Shown: in pieces, positions 32,506-42,069 of the stretch | Numbering within the stretch: the stretch's first letter is position 1 | Layout: the number at the start of each line of letters is the position of its first letter | Source of the DNA: an uncultured delta proteobacterium | GTDB taxonomy: Bacteria > Desulfobacterota > RBG-13-43-22 | Assembly: GCA_963711835.1 (NCBI GenBank) | Contig: CAVQFQ010000005.1 | Location: 329,759 to 393,758 of the forward strand | Reading direction: 5' to 3' | Length of the DNA stretch: 64,000 bases | Position numbers and translations under genes: made by a program | The notes under the pieces: generated by a model | The model's input: the letters and a program-made list of their open reading frames with translations, nothing else | Told to the model about the DNA's origin: nothing | Database searches by the model: none

Positions 32506-34404
32506 ATGGCCATAGGAGAAGAAAACGGCCTTATTGAGAAAATAAAAAAAGTTTATCCTGAGAAATTGGCCTCCGAAGAAAAAATCTTCAGTCACATTCA
32601 TCGAGGGGACCGTATTTTTATCAGTACCGCCTGTGGGGAACCCCAATACCTGGTCCGGGCCCTGATCCAATTTGTGGAATCAAACCCCAAGGCCTTCTTT
32701 GATGCGGAAATCCTGCATGTCTGGACCCTGGGAGTCGCTCCCTATACGGAAAAAAAATTTAAAGATAATTTCCGCCACAATTCCTTCTTCGTCGGAAATA
32801 ATTCGCGAGAGGCGGTCAATCAAGGTCTGGCAGACTATACCCCCATCTTTCTTTCCCGGGTTCCGGATTTGTTCTACCGGGGTTTAGTACCCATCAATGT
32901 GGCCCTGATCCAAACTTCCCCGCCGGATATCCATGGCTATATGAGCCTGGGGATCAGCGTGGATATCACCAAGGCGGCCGTGGAGAAGGCTTCCCTGGTC
33001 ATCGCCCAGGTCAACCAATATATGCCCCGGGCCCACGGGGACGGATTTATTCATATCAAAGATATCGATTTTATCCTCTGCCAGGATGAACCTTTATTGG
33101 AATACGAAGCGATCGCCCCCGATGAAGTGGCCTGCCAGATCGGAAAATATGTGGCCCGCATTGTCCAAGACGGGGATACTATTCAGGTGGGGTATGGGAG
33201 TCTGCCCAATGCCATTCTAAGTAACTTCAATGGAAAAAAACATCTCGGGGTGCACACCGAATTACTGACCGATGGCCTGGTGGACTTGATCAAGAAGGGG
33301 GTGATCGACAACAGCCGCAAGACCCTGAACCGGGGCAAATCCGTGGCCACTTTCTGCATGGGACACCGGGAGACTTACGAATTCCTCCAAGACAACCCCA
33401 GTATTGAATTTCGGACGATTGATTATACCAATAATCCCCTAACCATCTCCCGGCAAGAAAACATGACCGCCATAAACAGCGCCCTGGAGATAGATCTGAC
33501 CGGGCAGGTGACCGCCGAATCCCTGGGCAAAACCTTTTACAGCGGGATAGGCGGGCAAGCGGATTTCATGCGGGGGGCTGTTTTGGCCCCGGGCGGCAAA
33601 AGCATTCTGGCCATCCAGTCCACGGCCGAATGGGGCAAGGTTTCCCGCATCGTTCCCTTCTTGCGGGAAGGGGCCGGCGTTACCCTCATCCGAGGAGACA
33701 TTCATTACGTGGTGACGGAATACGGTATCACCTACCTTCATGGAAAGAACATCCGGGAACGGGCCATGGCCTTGATTTCCATCGCCCACCCTGATTTTCG
33801 CCCCTGGTTGATCGAGAAAGCCAAAGAGGCCAACCTCATCTACCGGGACCAGGCCTTCATCCCGGGGCAAAGAGGAGAATATCCGGAGCATCTGGAAATA
33901 TTCCGGACCACGGCCAAAGGGTTGCCGTTGTTTCTGCGCCCGGTAAAAATCAGCGACGAACCTTTGTTAAAAGATTTTTTCTACTCCCTTTCCGACCAAA
34001 CCCTGGAGCGCCGATTCATTTCTTTGCGCCAGGACATGCCTCATGAACGGTTGCAGGAATTTGTGGTCATCGACCATACCAGAGAAATGCTCATCCTGGC
34101 TTGCCTTAAAGAAGGAGAATGGGTAAAAATCATCGGAATGGGACAGTATTTTATCGACGAGAACATTCATTACGCCGAAGTCGCCTTGGTGACCCGGGAT
34201 GATTATCAGGGCCAGGGGATCGGCAGGGAGCTCCTGTCCTATTTGACCTATCTGGCCAAGCGGGAAGGTCTTTTAGGTTTTACCGCCGAGGTCCTGGTGG
34301 AAAACAGACCGATGCTCCATTTATTCGAGACGATGGGCTTTGATATCCAGAGGCAAAATGACCGAGGCGTGTATGAAATGAAACTGACTTTCAGGGTAAC
34401 CTGA
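32506..34404 (+). CDS. Acetyl-CoA hydrolase/transferase fused to a C-terminal GNAT domain
   Basis: GYMSLGISVD, INSALEIDLTGQV, SGIGGQADF, VVTEYG; GNAT motif YQGQGIGRELL. Confidence 0.9.
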   Translation: MAIGEENGLIEKIKKVYPEKLASEEKIFSHIHRGDRIFISTACGEPQYLVRALIQFVESNPKAFFDAEILHVWTLGVAPYTEKKFKDNFRHNSFFVGNNSREAVNQGLADYTPIFLSRVPDLFYRGLVPINVALIQTSPPDIHGYMSLGISVDITKAAVEKASLVIAQVNQYMPRAHGDGFIHIKDIDFILCQDEPLLEYEAIAPDEVACQIGKYVARIVQDGDTIQVGYGSLPNAILSNFNGKKHLGVHTELLTDGLVDLIKKGVIDNSRKTLNRGKSVATFCMGHRETYEFLQDNPSIEFRTIDYTNNPLTISRQENMTAINSALEIDLTGQVTAESLGKTFYSGIGGQADFMRGAVLAPGGKSILAIQSTAEWGKVSRIVPFLREGAGVTLIRGDIHYVVTEYGITYLHGKNIRERAMALISIAHPDFRPWLIEKAKEANLIYRDQAFIPGQRGEYPEHLEIFRTTAKGLPLFLRPVKISDEPLLKDFFYSLSDQTLERRFISLRQDMPHERLQEFVVIDHTREMLILACLKEGEWVKIIGMGQYFIDENIHYAEVALVTRDDYQGQGIGRELLSYLTYLAKREGLLGFTAEVLVENRPMLHLFETMGFDIQRQNDRGVYEMKLTFRVT

Positions 34405-34556
34405 TAAACGATCAGATAGGGATCCTGGTGAAAAAGACCCCCAAACAAAGTAGCCAATTCTCCTTTTCATTGAGCTACGCAGCTTCACCGTTTATTGAAG
34501 GTCGAATTCAGGCCTTTCGATGTTTTTAAAATAGTAGAAGTTATGAAAGGAAAATT

Positions 34557-36488
34557 ATGCCCTCCAATGGAATAAAAGAATTAATAGAAAATTTAAAAGA
34601 CAAATTTCGTTCTGTCTTTAGTCCTCAGGACCCCCAGAAAAAGAAGAATGCCTTGCCCCCCAAGGCTCATTTCAGCATCTGGTATTTCCTGATCGCCTTC
34701 CTATTATTTACCTTTGGGCAACAATACTTTCTTTCTCGAAAAGTGGAGACGATTTCCTACGGCCAATTTAAACAATACTTGGCTGACGGCCTGGTGAGTA
34801 AATTGACCATCGGCCCGGAAAATATCAGCGGAACACTAAAAGGAAAAGAAAAAATGCCGGGCCAGGAGTTCACCACGATTCGGGTTAACGATCCCGACCT
34901 GGTCAAGGACCTGGATACCCACCAAGTCAATTACTCCGGATACAATGAGAGTAAATTCCTGAGCGGTCTTCTTTCCTGGATCATTCCAATCGGCATTTTT
35001 TTCCTGATCTGGCGGTTCGCCATGAAAAAGATGGGGCCGGGCATGGGGGTCATGTCCTTCAGCAAAAGCAAGGCCAAGCTATTTGCCGAGAATGAGACCA
35101 AGGTGACTTTCGCCGATGTAGCCGGGATTGACGAGGCCAAGGAAGAACTTCAGGAAGTCGTGGAGTTTTTAAAGAGCCCCGGGAAGTTCCAGAGGCTGGG
35201 AGGGAAAATTCCGAAAGGAGTACTCCTGCTCGGCGTACCTGGAACGGGCAAGACCCTTCTGGCCAGGGCTGTGGCCGGAGAGGCTCAAGTACCTTTCTTC
35301 AGCATCAGCGGGTCTGAGTTTGTGGAGATGTTCGTCGGTGTGGGAGCGGCAAGGGTGCGCGATCTTTTTTCGCAGGCCACTACCCAAGCCCCCTGCATCA
35401 TCTTCATCGATGAATTGGACGCCTTGGGGAAGGCCCGGGGAATGAATGTCATGGGCGGACACGACGAACAAGAGCAGACGCTCAATCAGCTCCTGGTGGA
35501 GATGGATGGATTCGAAACCAATAAAGGGGTCATCATCATGGCCGCCACCAACCGGCCGGAAATCCTGGATCCGGCCTTGTTGCGTCCGGGGCGGTTTGAC
35601 CGGCAGGTCCTGGTGGATCGCCCGGATATCAACGGCCGGGAAGCCATCCTGAAGATCCATTCCAAAAATGTCTTGTTAGGCCCCGATGTCGATCTCCGTT
35701 TGATCGCCGGCCGCACCCCGGGTTTTGTGGGAGCCGACCTGGCCAACCTCATCAATGAAGCCGCCCTGCTGGCCGCCCGAAAAAACAAAGAATTGGTCGA
35801 GATGTCGGATTTCGACGAGGCCATCGACCGGGTGGTTGGAGGTCTGCAGAAAAAAAACCGGGTGATGAACGCCCAGGAGAAGGAAATTGTTGCCTTTCAT
35901 GAGTCCGGACACGCGATAGTGGCCGAATCGGTCGAGCATGCCGACCCGGTGGCCAAAATTTCCATTATTCCTCGCGGGATCTCGGCTCTCGGCTATACCC
36001 AACAGCAACCCACCGAGGACCGCTACTTGATGACGCGCCCGGAGCTGCTGGACCGACTGGCTGTTCTTTTAGGAGGCCGGGTGGCGGAGGAGCTGGTTTT
36101 CGGAGAAATCTCCACGGGGGCCCAAAACGACCTGCAGCGGGCTACAGATATTGCCCGTTCCATGGTCGCCGAATATGGCATGAGTGATCGCCTGGGACTG
36201 GTGACCTATGAGCGCCCCCGTCAGCCCATGTTCCTCCCGGGAAATTTTACTTCCCAAAAAACCTACAGCGAGGAGAAAGCAGCCCAAATTGATGAAGAGG
36301 TCGCCCGGGTCGTCGAGAAGGCCCATCAAAGGGTGCAAGGAATCCTCTCCGGGCAACGGAAGGTCCTCGATGATTTGGCCCATCTCCTTTCGCAGAAGGA
36401 AATTGTTCTGGGGCCGGAGCTCAGAGAGATGTTGTCCAAATCTCCATCCAAACCCTTGACTCTTCCATCGGAGACCAAGGGGTCGTAA
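34557..36488 (+). CDS. ftsH: ATP-dependent zinc metalloprotease FtsH (accessory paralog)
   Basis: Two TMs, [41 protein letters not shown]. Confidence 0.95.
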   Translation: MPSNGIKELIENLKDKFRSVFSPQDPQKKKNALPPKAHFSIWYFLIAFLLFTFGQQYFLSRKVETISYGQFKQYLADGLVSKLTIGPENISGTLKGKEKMPGQEFTTIRVNDPDLVKDLDTHQVNYSGYNESKFLSGLLSWIIPIGIFFLIWRFAMKKMGPGMGVMSFSKSKAKLFAENETKVTFADVAGIDEAKEELQEVVEFLKSPGKFQRLGGKIPKGVLLLGVPGTGKTLLARAVAGEAQVPFFSISGSEFVEMFVGVGAARVRDLFSQATTQAPCIIFIDELDALGKARGMNVMGGHDEQEQTLNQLLVEMDGFETNKGVIIMAATNRPEILDPALLRPGRFDRQVLVDRPDINGREAILKIHSKNVLLGPDVDLRLIAGRTPGFVGADLANLINEAALLAARKNKELVEMSDFDEAIDRVVGGLQKKNRVMNAQEKEIVAFHESGHAIVAESVEHADPVAKISIIPRGISALGYTQQQPTEDRYLMTRPELLDRLAVLLGGRVAEELVFGEISTGAQNDLQRATDIARSMVAEYGMSDRLGLVTYERPRQPMFLPGNFTSQKTYSEEKAAQIDEEVARVVEKAHQRVQGILSGQRKVLDDLAHLLSQKEIVLGPELREMLSKSPSKPLTLPSETKGS

Positions 36489-36501
36489 TAAAAAGTTCGA
36501 T

Positions 36502-36662
36502 CCTCCTCCGCAGTTCCCTCCATATCTGGAGGTTCCTCCAAATATGGAGGCCCACCCGTAATTTCCAACATCCCCACCTTTCCCGTCTATCAATTTAACC
36601 TTCTGTTATTAATAGATGTTTCCAGATCAGGCGAATTCCCGGTTGTTGGCAACCTCTTTGCA
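36502..36662 (+). promoter_or_regulatory. Sigma54 enhancer-promoter cassette, copy 5 (most divergent spacer)
   Basis: CCTCCATATCTGGAGG (36517-36532) + CCTCCAAATATGGAGG (36535-36550); TGGCAACCTCTTTGCA (36647-36662). Confidence 0.85.
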
Positions 36663-36674
36663 GTTGCTAATTTT

Positions 36675-37064
36675 ATGATCCTGGTCACCATACGAATGAA
36701 GATTTCTGCTGCCAAGCGCCGAGAGCTGTCACAGACCATTGCTTCACTGATCGGTTCCATGAAAACGGAGCCGGGATGTCGGCGCTTCGACTTTTGCCAG
36801 AATGTGGAGAATGAAAATGAGCTCTATCTTCTTGAGGAATGGGAAAACCAGGAAAATCTTAAAAACCACCTGATGTCGGAGCGTTTTAGGGTACTGCGCG
36901 GGGCCATGAACCTTCTTCAGGAGCCCTATGAGCTGCAATTTCACACCCTTTTCCACCCGTCGAGGATGGAGGCTTTAATTAAATGGATTGATGAACCTAC
37001 CCAGGAAGGACCGAAAAGAAGAGGATGTTTGGACGAAGGGCCTTATTGGCTAATTAAACACTAA
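36675..37064 (+). CDS. ABM (antibiotic biosynthesis monooxygenase)-domain protein
   Basis: EPGC..F, LLEEWE..E.L..HL.S..F; no Shine-Dalgarno. Confidence 0.82.
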   Translation: MILVTIRMKISAAKRRELSQTIASLIGSMKTEPGCRRFDFCQNVENENELYLLEEWENQENLKNHLMSERFRVLRGAMNLLQEPYELQFHTLFHPSRMEALIKWIDEPTQEGPKRRGCLDEGPYWLIKH

Positions 37065-37086
37065 CCAAAAGAAAGAGAGGCAGCTT

Positions 37087-37617
37087 ATGCGTTTTATCAA
37101 GATCTTCCTGTTTTTAACCTTGAGTCTGGCCGTTGGTTTTTTGGGTTGTACGAAAGATCAAAAGTCGGAGGCTCCCAAACAGGAGCAGGTTACAAAAAGT
37201 CTGGTTCCCCCGAAGGCCGAGGTTAAGGGCCAGAATTTTCTTTTGGAGCTTAGCGATCTTCAAGTCGTTATGATGATGGACAAAGCTTCGAAGGAGATCA
37301 CCGATACACCAAACCTTAAAGGCCGCATCAAAATAACCAATCAATCGAATGACAATCTGGAAATCCAAGGGATCACCTTGGAATACCTGGATCAAGCGGG
37401 TCAGCCCATCCCTTTTACCTCCGGAGAGAAAATATCGAAGGCGACCATAATGTTGCAGGCGATCAAGCCCGGAGAGATTACCGAAGGTTCCATCGATGCC
37501 ACCATCCCCAGGAAGGCGGTCAAGGAAAAGGCCTTGGGAAAAATTGAAGTCAACCTGGTCTACGTCCCGACGCTGCTTAAACGAGAGAGGTTGTCATTCT
37601 CTCAAAAGGTTGAATAG
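37087..37617 (+). CDS. Hypothetical lipoprotein
   Basis: FLGC lipobox; beta-rich body. Confidence 0.7.
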   Translation: MRFIKIFLFLTLSLAVGFLGCTKDQKSEAPKQEQVTKSLVPPKAEVKGQNFLLELSDLQVVMMMDKASKEITDTPNLKGRIKITNQSNDNLEIQGITLEYLDQAGQPIPFTSGEKISKATIMLQAIKPGEITEGSIDATIPRKAVKEKALGKIEVNLVYVPTLLKRERLSFSQKVE

Positions 37618-37642
37618 CCGTACGGACTAAATGAAATAGGCA

Positions 37643-37694
37643 GGCGCTCGCTGACCCCCTGGTACCGCCTGGGCGGGACGGGGTCAGCGAGCCA
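37643..37694. repeat. Hairpin/REP-like element
   Basis: gctcgctgacccc...ggggtcagcgagc enclosing ccgcctgggcgggac, which resembles the core of the 4379 element. Confidence 0.55.
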
Positions 37695-37916
37695 ATCAAA
37701 AAGTGAAAAAATGAAAGCGCTTCCGGTCTTTGTTCAGACGGCCCTTGCCCCTTCCCCTGGCTATAACGTACTCGATTTATGGATTCCATTTCCGAAAAGT
37801 ATTCTAATTAAATTCCGTGCTGGACCTGATCAAGGGAGAAAAGTGGTAGTCTTGGCGCCCGGTGTGATTGATCCGGAAAATAATCAACATTTCTTTACAA
37901 CAGAAGGGGTTTTCGT

Positions 37917-38333
37917 ATGAGTGGGACAATGCCGGAAACGGAAACAGCGGGTGATGTTGAGAAAATCACCAAGAAAAAACTAATGGAAGACCTTAAGACC
38001 GTTGTGAACGATGCGGAAGAACTGCTGAAAAAGGCAGCTTCCGACCAGACCAGGGAATGGATTGCAACGGCGCAGGCTACGGCGAAGAAATCGTTAAAAT
38101 CCGCCAATGACTGGCTCGCAGAGGAAGAAGGTGCGATGACGGCCAAGGCCAGGGCTACGGCCAAGGCCACTGAAGACTACGTACGGGCCAATACCTGGAT
38201 GGTCATGGGAATGGCTGCCCTGGCGGGCTTAGTCATCGGCATTTTGGCTGGTCGACGTGGGCTGCCCGTCATAGAGGAGGGGAAAAGGCTGGTCACTCCA
38301 GGTGGGGGATCCAGGACGATGGACAAAGGCTGA
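37917..38333 (+). CDS. DUF883 / ElaB-YqjD family protein
   Basis: LMEDLKTVVNDAEELLK, AKATEDYVRAN.W + C-terminal TM ending GRR. Confidence 0.85.
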   Translation: MSGTMPETETAGDVEKITKKKLMEDLKTVVNDAEELLKKAASDQTREWIATAQATAKKSLKSANDWLAEEEGAMTAKARATAKATEDYVRANTWMVMGMAALAGLVIGILAGRRGLPVIEEGKRLVTPGGGSRTMDKG

Positions 38334-38374
38334 AGGATCAATAGGAGAACAAAACCAAAAAAGGAGGGATAACC

Positions 38375-39019
38375 ATGCAACACAAAACATTTTTTTTAAT
38401 TATCTTTATATGTTCTCTCATTATCACCTGGGCTTTTTCTCCAGGACCAAAAGCCCAAACTCCTCAAACTCCGTCGGTTAAAGCAGAGGAACCTGAATCT
38501 TCATTTCAAAAAGCCGATGAGTTCTTTCTGAAGAAAGACCTAAAGGCAGCCGCAACTGAAATTCGAAAAGGTGCCGGATTTCTAAAAATGAAAGTAAAAG
38601 AGGCCACAAAGGATGGAAAAGAAGGCTTAAAGGCGTCTGTTCAAGAATTAGAAAAATTAGCCAGGGACGTTGAAAAAGGGGCGGTGACCTCCGAGGAGAA
38701 GCTCAAAGACACCTTTGCGAGATCGTATCAGGCCTTAGCCAATCACCATTATCTGAAGGCCTCTGAATCCTGGGCGAAGAAAAAGACCAAAGAGACCGGC
38801 CAAGCCCTTACCGCTGCAGCGCAGTATCTGGAGCAAACGGCCAGGTGGTCTGGTCGCAAACTGGAAACAGGTACGGCTGAAGTCGTAAATTACGTGCGTA
38901 TAGTCGGCGGTAAACTCATAAAAGGTACAGACTATGGCGTTGAAGAGGTAGGCAAAGGTATCAAAGAAATTGGCCGTGAGCTTTCAAAGCTCGGTAAAAA
39001 GACGGAGCCCCAAAAATAA
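38375..39019 (+). CDS. Exported helical hypothetical protein (YfdX-like architecture)
   Basis: Signal peptide; all-alpha, Lys/Ala-rich; AAGGAGG RBS. Confidence 0.6.
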   Translation: MQHKTFFLIIFICSLIITWAFSPGPKAQTPQTPSVKAEEPESSFQKADEFFLKKDLKAAATEIRKGAGFLKMKVKEATKDGKEGLKASVQELEKLARDVEKGAVTSEEKLKDTFARSYQALANHHYLKASESWAKKKTKETGQALTAAAQYLEQTARWSGRKLETGTAEVVNYVRIVGGKLIKGTDYGVEEVGKGIKEIGRELSKLGKKTEPQK

Positions 39020-39103
39020 ATAGTTGGTGCGGTTTTTTCTTTAAGCTTTTAAACAACGGCTTGATACAAAACGGGCCATTTAGTTGCCGGAAAGGAGGCA
39101 TCA

Positions 39104-39253
39104 ATGCTTTGGACCATATTTGTGATTCTCTTAATTTTGTGGCTGTTGGGATTTATTGGTGGCTATGCGGCTGGTGGACTCATTCATATCCTGCTGGTCA
39201 TCGCCGTCGTCGTAATATTGATCCAAGTTTTTCAGGGTCGAAGACGATTGTAG
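39104..39253 (+). CDS. lmo0937-family small membrane protein (49 aa)
   Basis: MLWTIFVILLILWLLGFIGGYAAGGLIHILLVIAVVVILIQVFQGRRRL; AAGGAGG RBS. Confidence 0.85.
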   Translation: MLWTIFVILLILWLLGFIGGYAAGGLIHILLVIAVVVILIQVFQGRRRL

Positions 39254-39465
39254 CCATAAAAAATGACCTGATCGTGAAATAGGCGGCCGCTATCCTTATT
39301 TTGAGATTTATAAATCGAAGACGCTCCATTTAATCCCCATAGGTTATAAAGCGTGGCTTCGTTCAACCCGATGGTATACGGAATTCCATTAAGTTCTAAT
39401 CCGTATACCATATCGTTTTCTGATTATTTTCTTTAACTTTAATAGTTGGAAAGAAAGGAGAAGCC

Positions 39466-41214
39466 ATGCAACGCGCAAGAAAAACAGTCAAGGCGATTCT
39501 TGCGGTGCTCCATGCGGGCATAGTAATCGCTGTTAGTAGCTGGGCCTTTGCCCAAGGAGGCGGCATCTCAGGTTCCGTAAAGGATCTCTTAAACAACCAG
39601 GGAATTCAAGGGGTAATCATCACGGTAAAAGATGTAAGTACCGGTACGTTGGCAGGAACAGGGACTACTGATGCGTTGGGTAACTATTCAGTGGGTATTC
39701 CAGCCCCGGGGAATTACACCCTCGAGGCCTCAAAACCTGGATATAACAATATGTCGGCACCGGATGTGGTGGAGCTTTCCGATAAGACCCCGAACCGGAC
39801 CGTAAATATCAATATGGGCGGAAAAGCGTGGTTGAAGTACAAGCCCGGGGTGCCGACATCGGCCCTGTCTTGGGAGACGGGGGCCGGCAAGAGCTATCTC
39901 ATCCCAGCCCTCGAAATCCCGGGCTTCATCCTTCTCCTCAACGGGTATGCCCGGCTCGCCTACCCCAACGAGATGTCTGGAGGGAAAAAAACCTACGACA
40001 CGAACCTGTCAACCTTCTGGGACCACGTCGTCCACGGGCCCTGGGGGGTCGACCAGGACGCCTTCGCCGTGAACCAATTCGACCATCCGTATCAGGGATC
40101 CATGTACTATGGATTCGCGCGATCGGCCGGCCTCAATTACTGGGAGTCGCTCCTCTATACCAACGCGGGCAGCTTTCTCTGGGAAACATACGGGGAGAAC
40201 ACACCGCCCTCCATCAATGACCAGTTCGGCAGCGGCATTGCCGGGAGCTTCTTCGGGGAGGCGTTGTTCCGGATGGCCAGTTTGGTGCTTGAGGGCGATG
40301 GCGGCAAACCCGGGTTCTGGCGCGAACTGGGCGCGGCGATGATTTCGCCACCCACGGGTTTCAATCGCCTTGCCTTCGGCAACCGGTTCAAGCCCGTATT
40401 TTCGAGCCATGATCCGGCCATCTTCTGGCGCCTGCGGCTCGGCGGAAGTTTGAATTCGGACCTGAACGACCAGGGCGGCTCGAGCACCATCAACCGGAGC
40501 GAGGTGACTGCGGACTACTCCATGGCCTACGGGCTCCCTGGGAAGCCCGGTTATAGCTATACGCGTCCTTTCGACTACTTCCATTTTGAATTCACCAGCG
40601 TCAGCACCGCAGATAACCCTTTCGATAACGTCATGATCCGCGGCCTCCTCCTCGGAAAGGACTACGAGGCAGGCAACGCCTATCGCGGGGTATGGGGCCT
40701 CTACGGCGGCTATGACTACATATCGCCGCACATCTTCCGCGTTTCAAGCACCTCCGTCTCTCTCGGTACTACCTTTCAATGGTGGCTCTCGCGAGCGGTA
40801 GCGCTCCAGGGCTCGCTCCTCGGTGGTCTTGGTTACGCTGCGGCCGGTAATGTCACCCAATTGGGTGAACGCGACTACCACTACGGCGTCGCCCCGCAGG
40901 GGCTCCTCGCGCTCCGCCTCATCCTTGGCGACAGGGCCATGTTTGACTTAACAGAACGCGCGTATTATGTAACCGGCTTTGGCGGCAGCGAACCGGGGGG
41001 AAGGGAGATCGTCAACCGCCTGAACATGGGATTCACCTTTCGCATTTTCGGCCGTCACGCCCTCGGGATCCAATACATCGCCTCCATCCGAAATGCGCAC
41101 TATCCCGACCGGGCCGACAGTCACCAGACGGTGGGAACCGTCAGCCTCGTTTACACTTTACTTGGCAACACCCGGTTCGGCGCTGTCGAGTGGCGCGGCG
41201 CTGACAGCCGCTGA
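39466..41214 (+). CDS. DUF3943-like outer-membrane protein with N-terminal carboxypeptidase-regulatory-like domain
   Basis: ISGSVKD..G..ITV...TDALGNYS..GNYTLEASKPGY; DQDAFAVNQFDHPYQGSMYYGFARS, PSIND. Confidence 0.78.
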   Translation: MQRARKTVKAILAVLHAGIVIAVSSWAFAQGGGISGSVKDLLNNQGIQGVIITVKDVSTGTLAGTGTTDALGNYSVGIPAPGNYTLEASKPGYNNMSAPDVVELSDKTPNRTVNINMGGKAWLKYKPGVPTSALSWETGAGKSYLIPALEIPGFILLLNGYARLAYPNEMSGGKKTYDTNLSTFWDHVVHGPWGVDQDAFAVNQFDHPYQGSMYYGFARSAGLNYWESLLYTNAGSFLWETYGENTPPSINDQFGSGIAGSFFGEALFRMASLVLEGDGGKPGFWRELGAAMISPPTGFNRLAFGNRFKPVFSSHDPAIFWRLRLGGSLNSDLNDQGGSSTINRSEVTADYSMAYGLPGKPGYSYTRPFDYFHFEFTSVSTADNPFDNVMIRGLLLGKDYEAGNAYRGVWGLYGGYDYISPHIFRVSSTSVSLGTTFQWWLSRAVALQGSLLGGLGYAAAGNVTQLGERDYHYGVAPQGLLALRLILGDRAMFDLTERAYYVTGFGGSEPGGREIVNRLNMGFTFRIFGRHALGIQYIASIRNAHYPDRADSHQTVGTVSLVYTLLGNTRFGAVEWRGADSR

Positions 41215-41481
41215 GCTGGGAAAGGAGAGGCTCCAGGTATTAAATTTAAACACTGCCGTGAAGAAAACATGAAACGTTGTCATCTCCGGTCTAACGTCCT
41301 GCTATTCGGAATGCTGGCCTGCCGTTTCACACGACATGGGGTCGACAGGACAGGGGACCGGTGGACGCATGTCCTCTTTAAATCCTGAGAAGTGTAGGGA
41401 AGGGAAGGAGTGATCAACCAGTCTTTTAAAGCCGGGTGCGGCTGGGCTTGATGCCTTAAATCGAAAACAAAAGGTATACCA

Positions 41482-42039
41482 ATGGATCAGAAAGTAAGTG
41501 AAATATCAGAAAAACTCTTTCGTAGGAAATATGAGCAGCTTAGTGAACGAGAAAAAAAAGTTGCTCGTCATCTTGCTGAAGGAACCCATATTTCGAGAAA
41601 TACGGCTGAAGAATTTGATGATCAATTGACTTTTGGTCAGAGATTAGCGGATCAGGTAGCTACTTTTGGAGGTTCCTGGACTTTCATCTCAATCTTTGGT
41701 GCTGTACTGTTTTTTTGGATTATGCTAAACTTTTTTCTTGTTATCAAATTTGATAGTTCTTTCGATCCCTATCCTTATATTTTATTAAACCTGGTCTTAT
41801 CTATGCTGGCTGCCATTCAAGCTCCGATAATCTTGATGTCTCAAAACCGACAGGCCTCTAAAGATCGCCTGAGTGCGGAACATGATTACGAAGTCAACCT
41901 AAAGGCGGAGCTTGAAATAATGGCCCTGCATGAGAAAGTGGACTTGCTGAGAGAGAAACAATGGACTGAGCTTATTTCTATTCAACAGGAAGAGCTAAAA
42001 CTATTGGGTCAATTAGTTGAAGGTCTAAATAAAGAGTAA
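41482..42039 (+). CDS. DUF1003-domain membrane protein
   Basis: GQRLAD.VA.FGGSW.FI, FDPYPYILLNL.LS.LAAIQAPIILMSQNRQ. Confidence 0.92.
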   Translation: MDQKVSEISEKLFRRKYEQLSEREKKVARHLAEGTHISRNTAEEFDDQLTFGQRLADQVATFGGSWTFISIFGAVLFFWIMLNFFLVIKFDSSFDPYPYILLNLVLSMLAAIQAPIILMSQNRQASKDRLSAEHDYEVNLKAELEIMALHEKVDLLREKQWTELISIQQEELKLLGQLVEGLNKE

Positions 42040-42069
42040 TGAACCGCAGGTTAGCCCGGCCCACCATTT

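Noticed and set aside
13953-36662. The dispersed cassette as a CRISPR array, attC site or MITE
   Set aside because: Copies are kilobases apart with no repeat-spacer periodicity, TIRs, TSDs, integrase or cas genes; they all point toward downstream genes and end in a -24/-12 motif.
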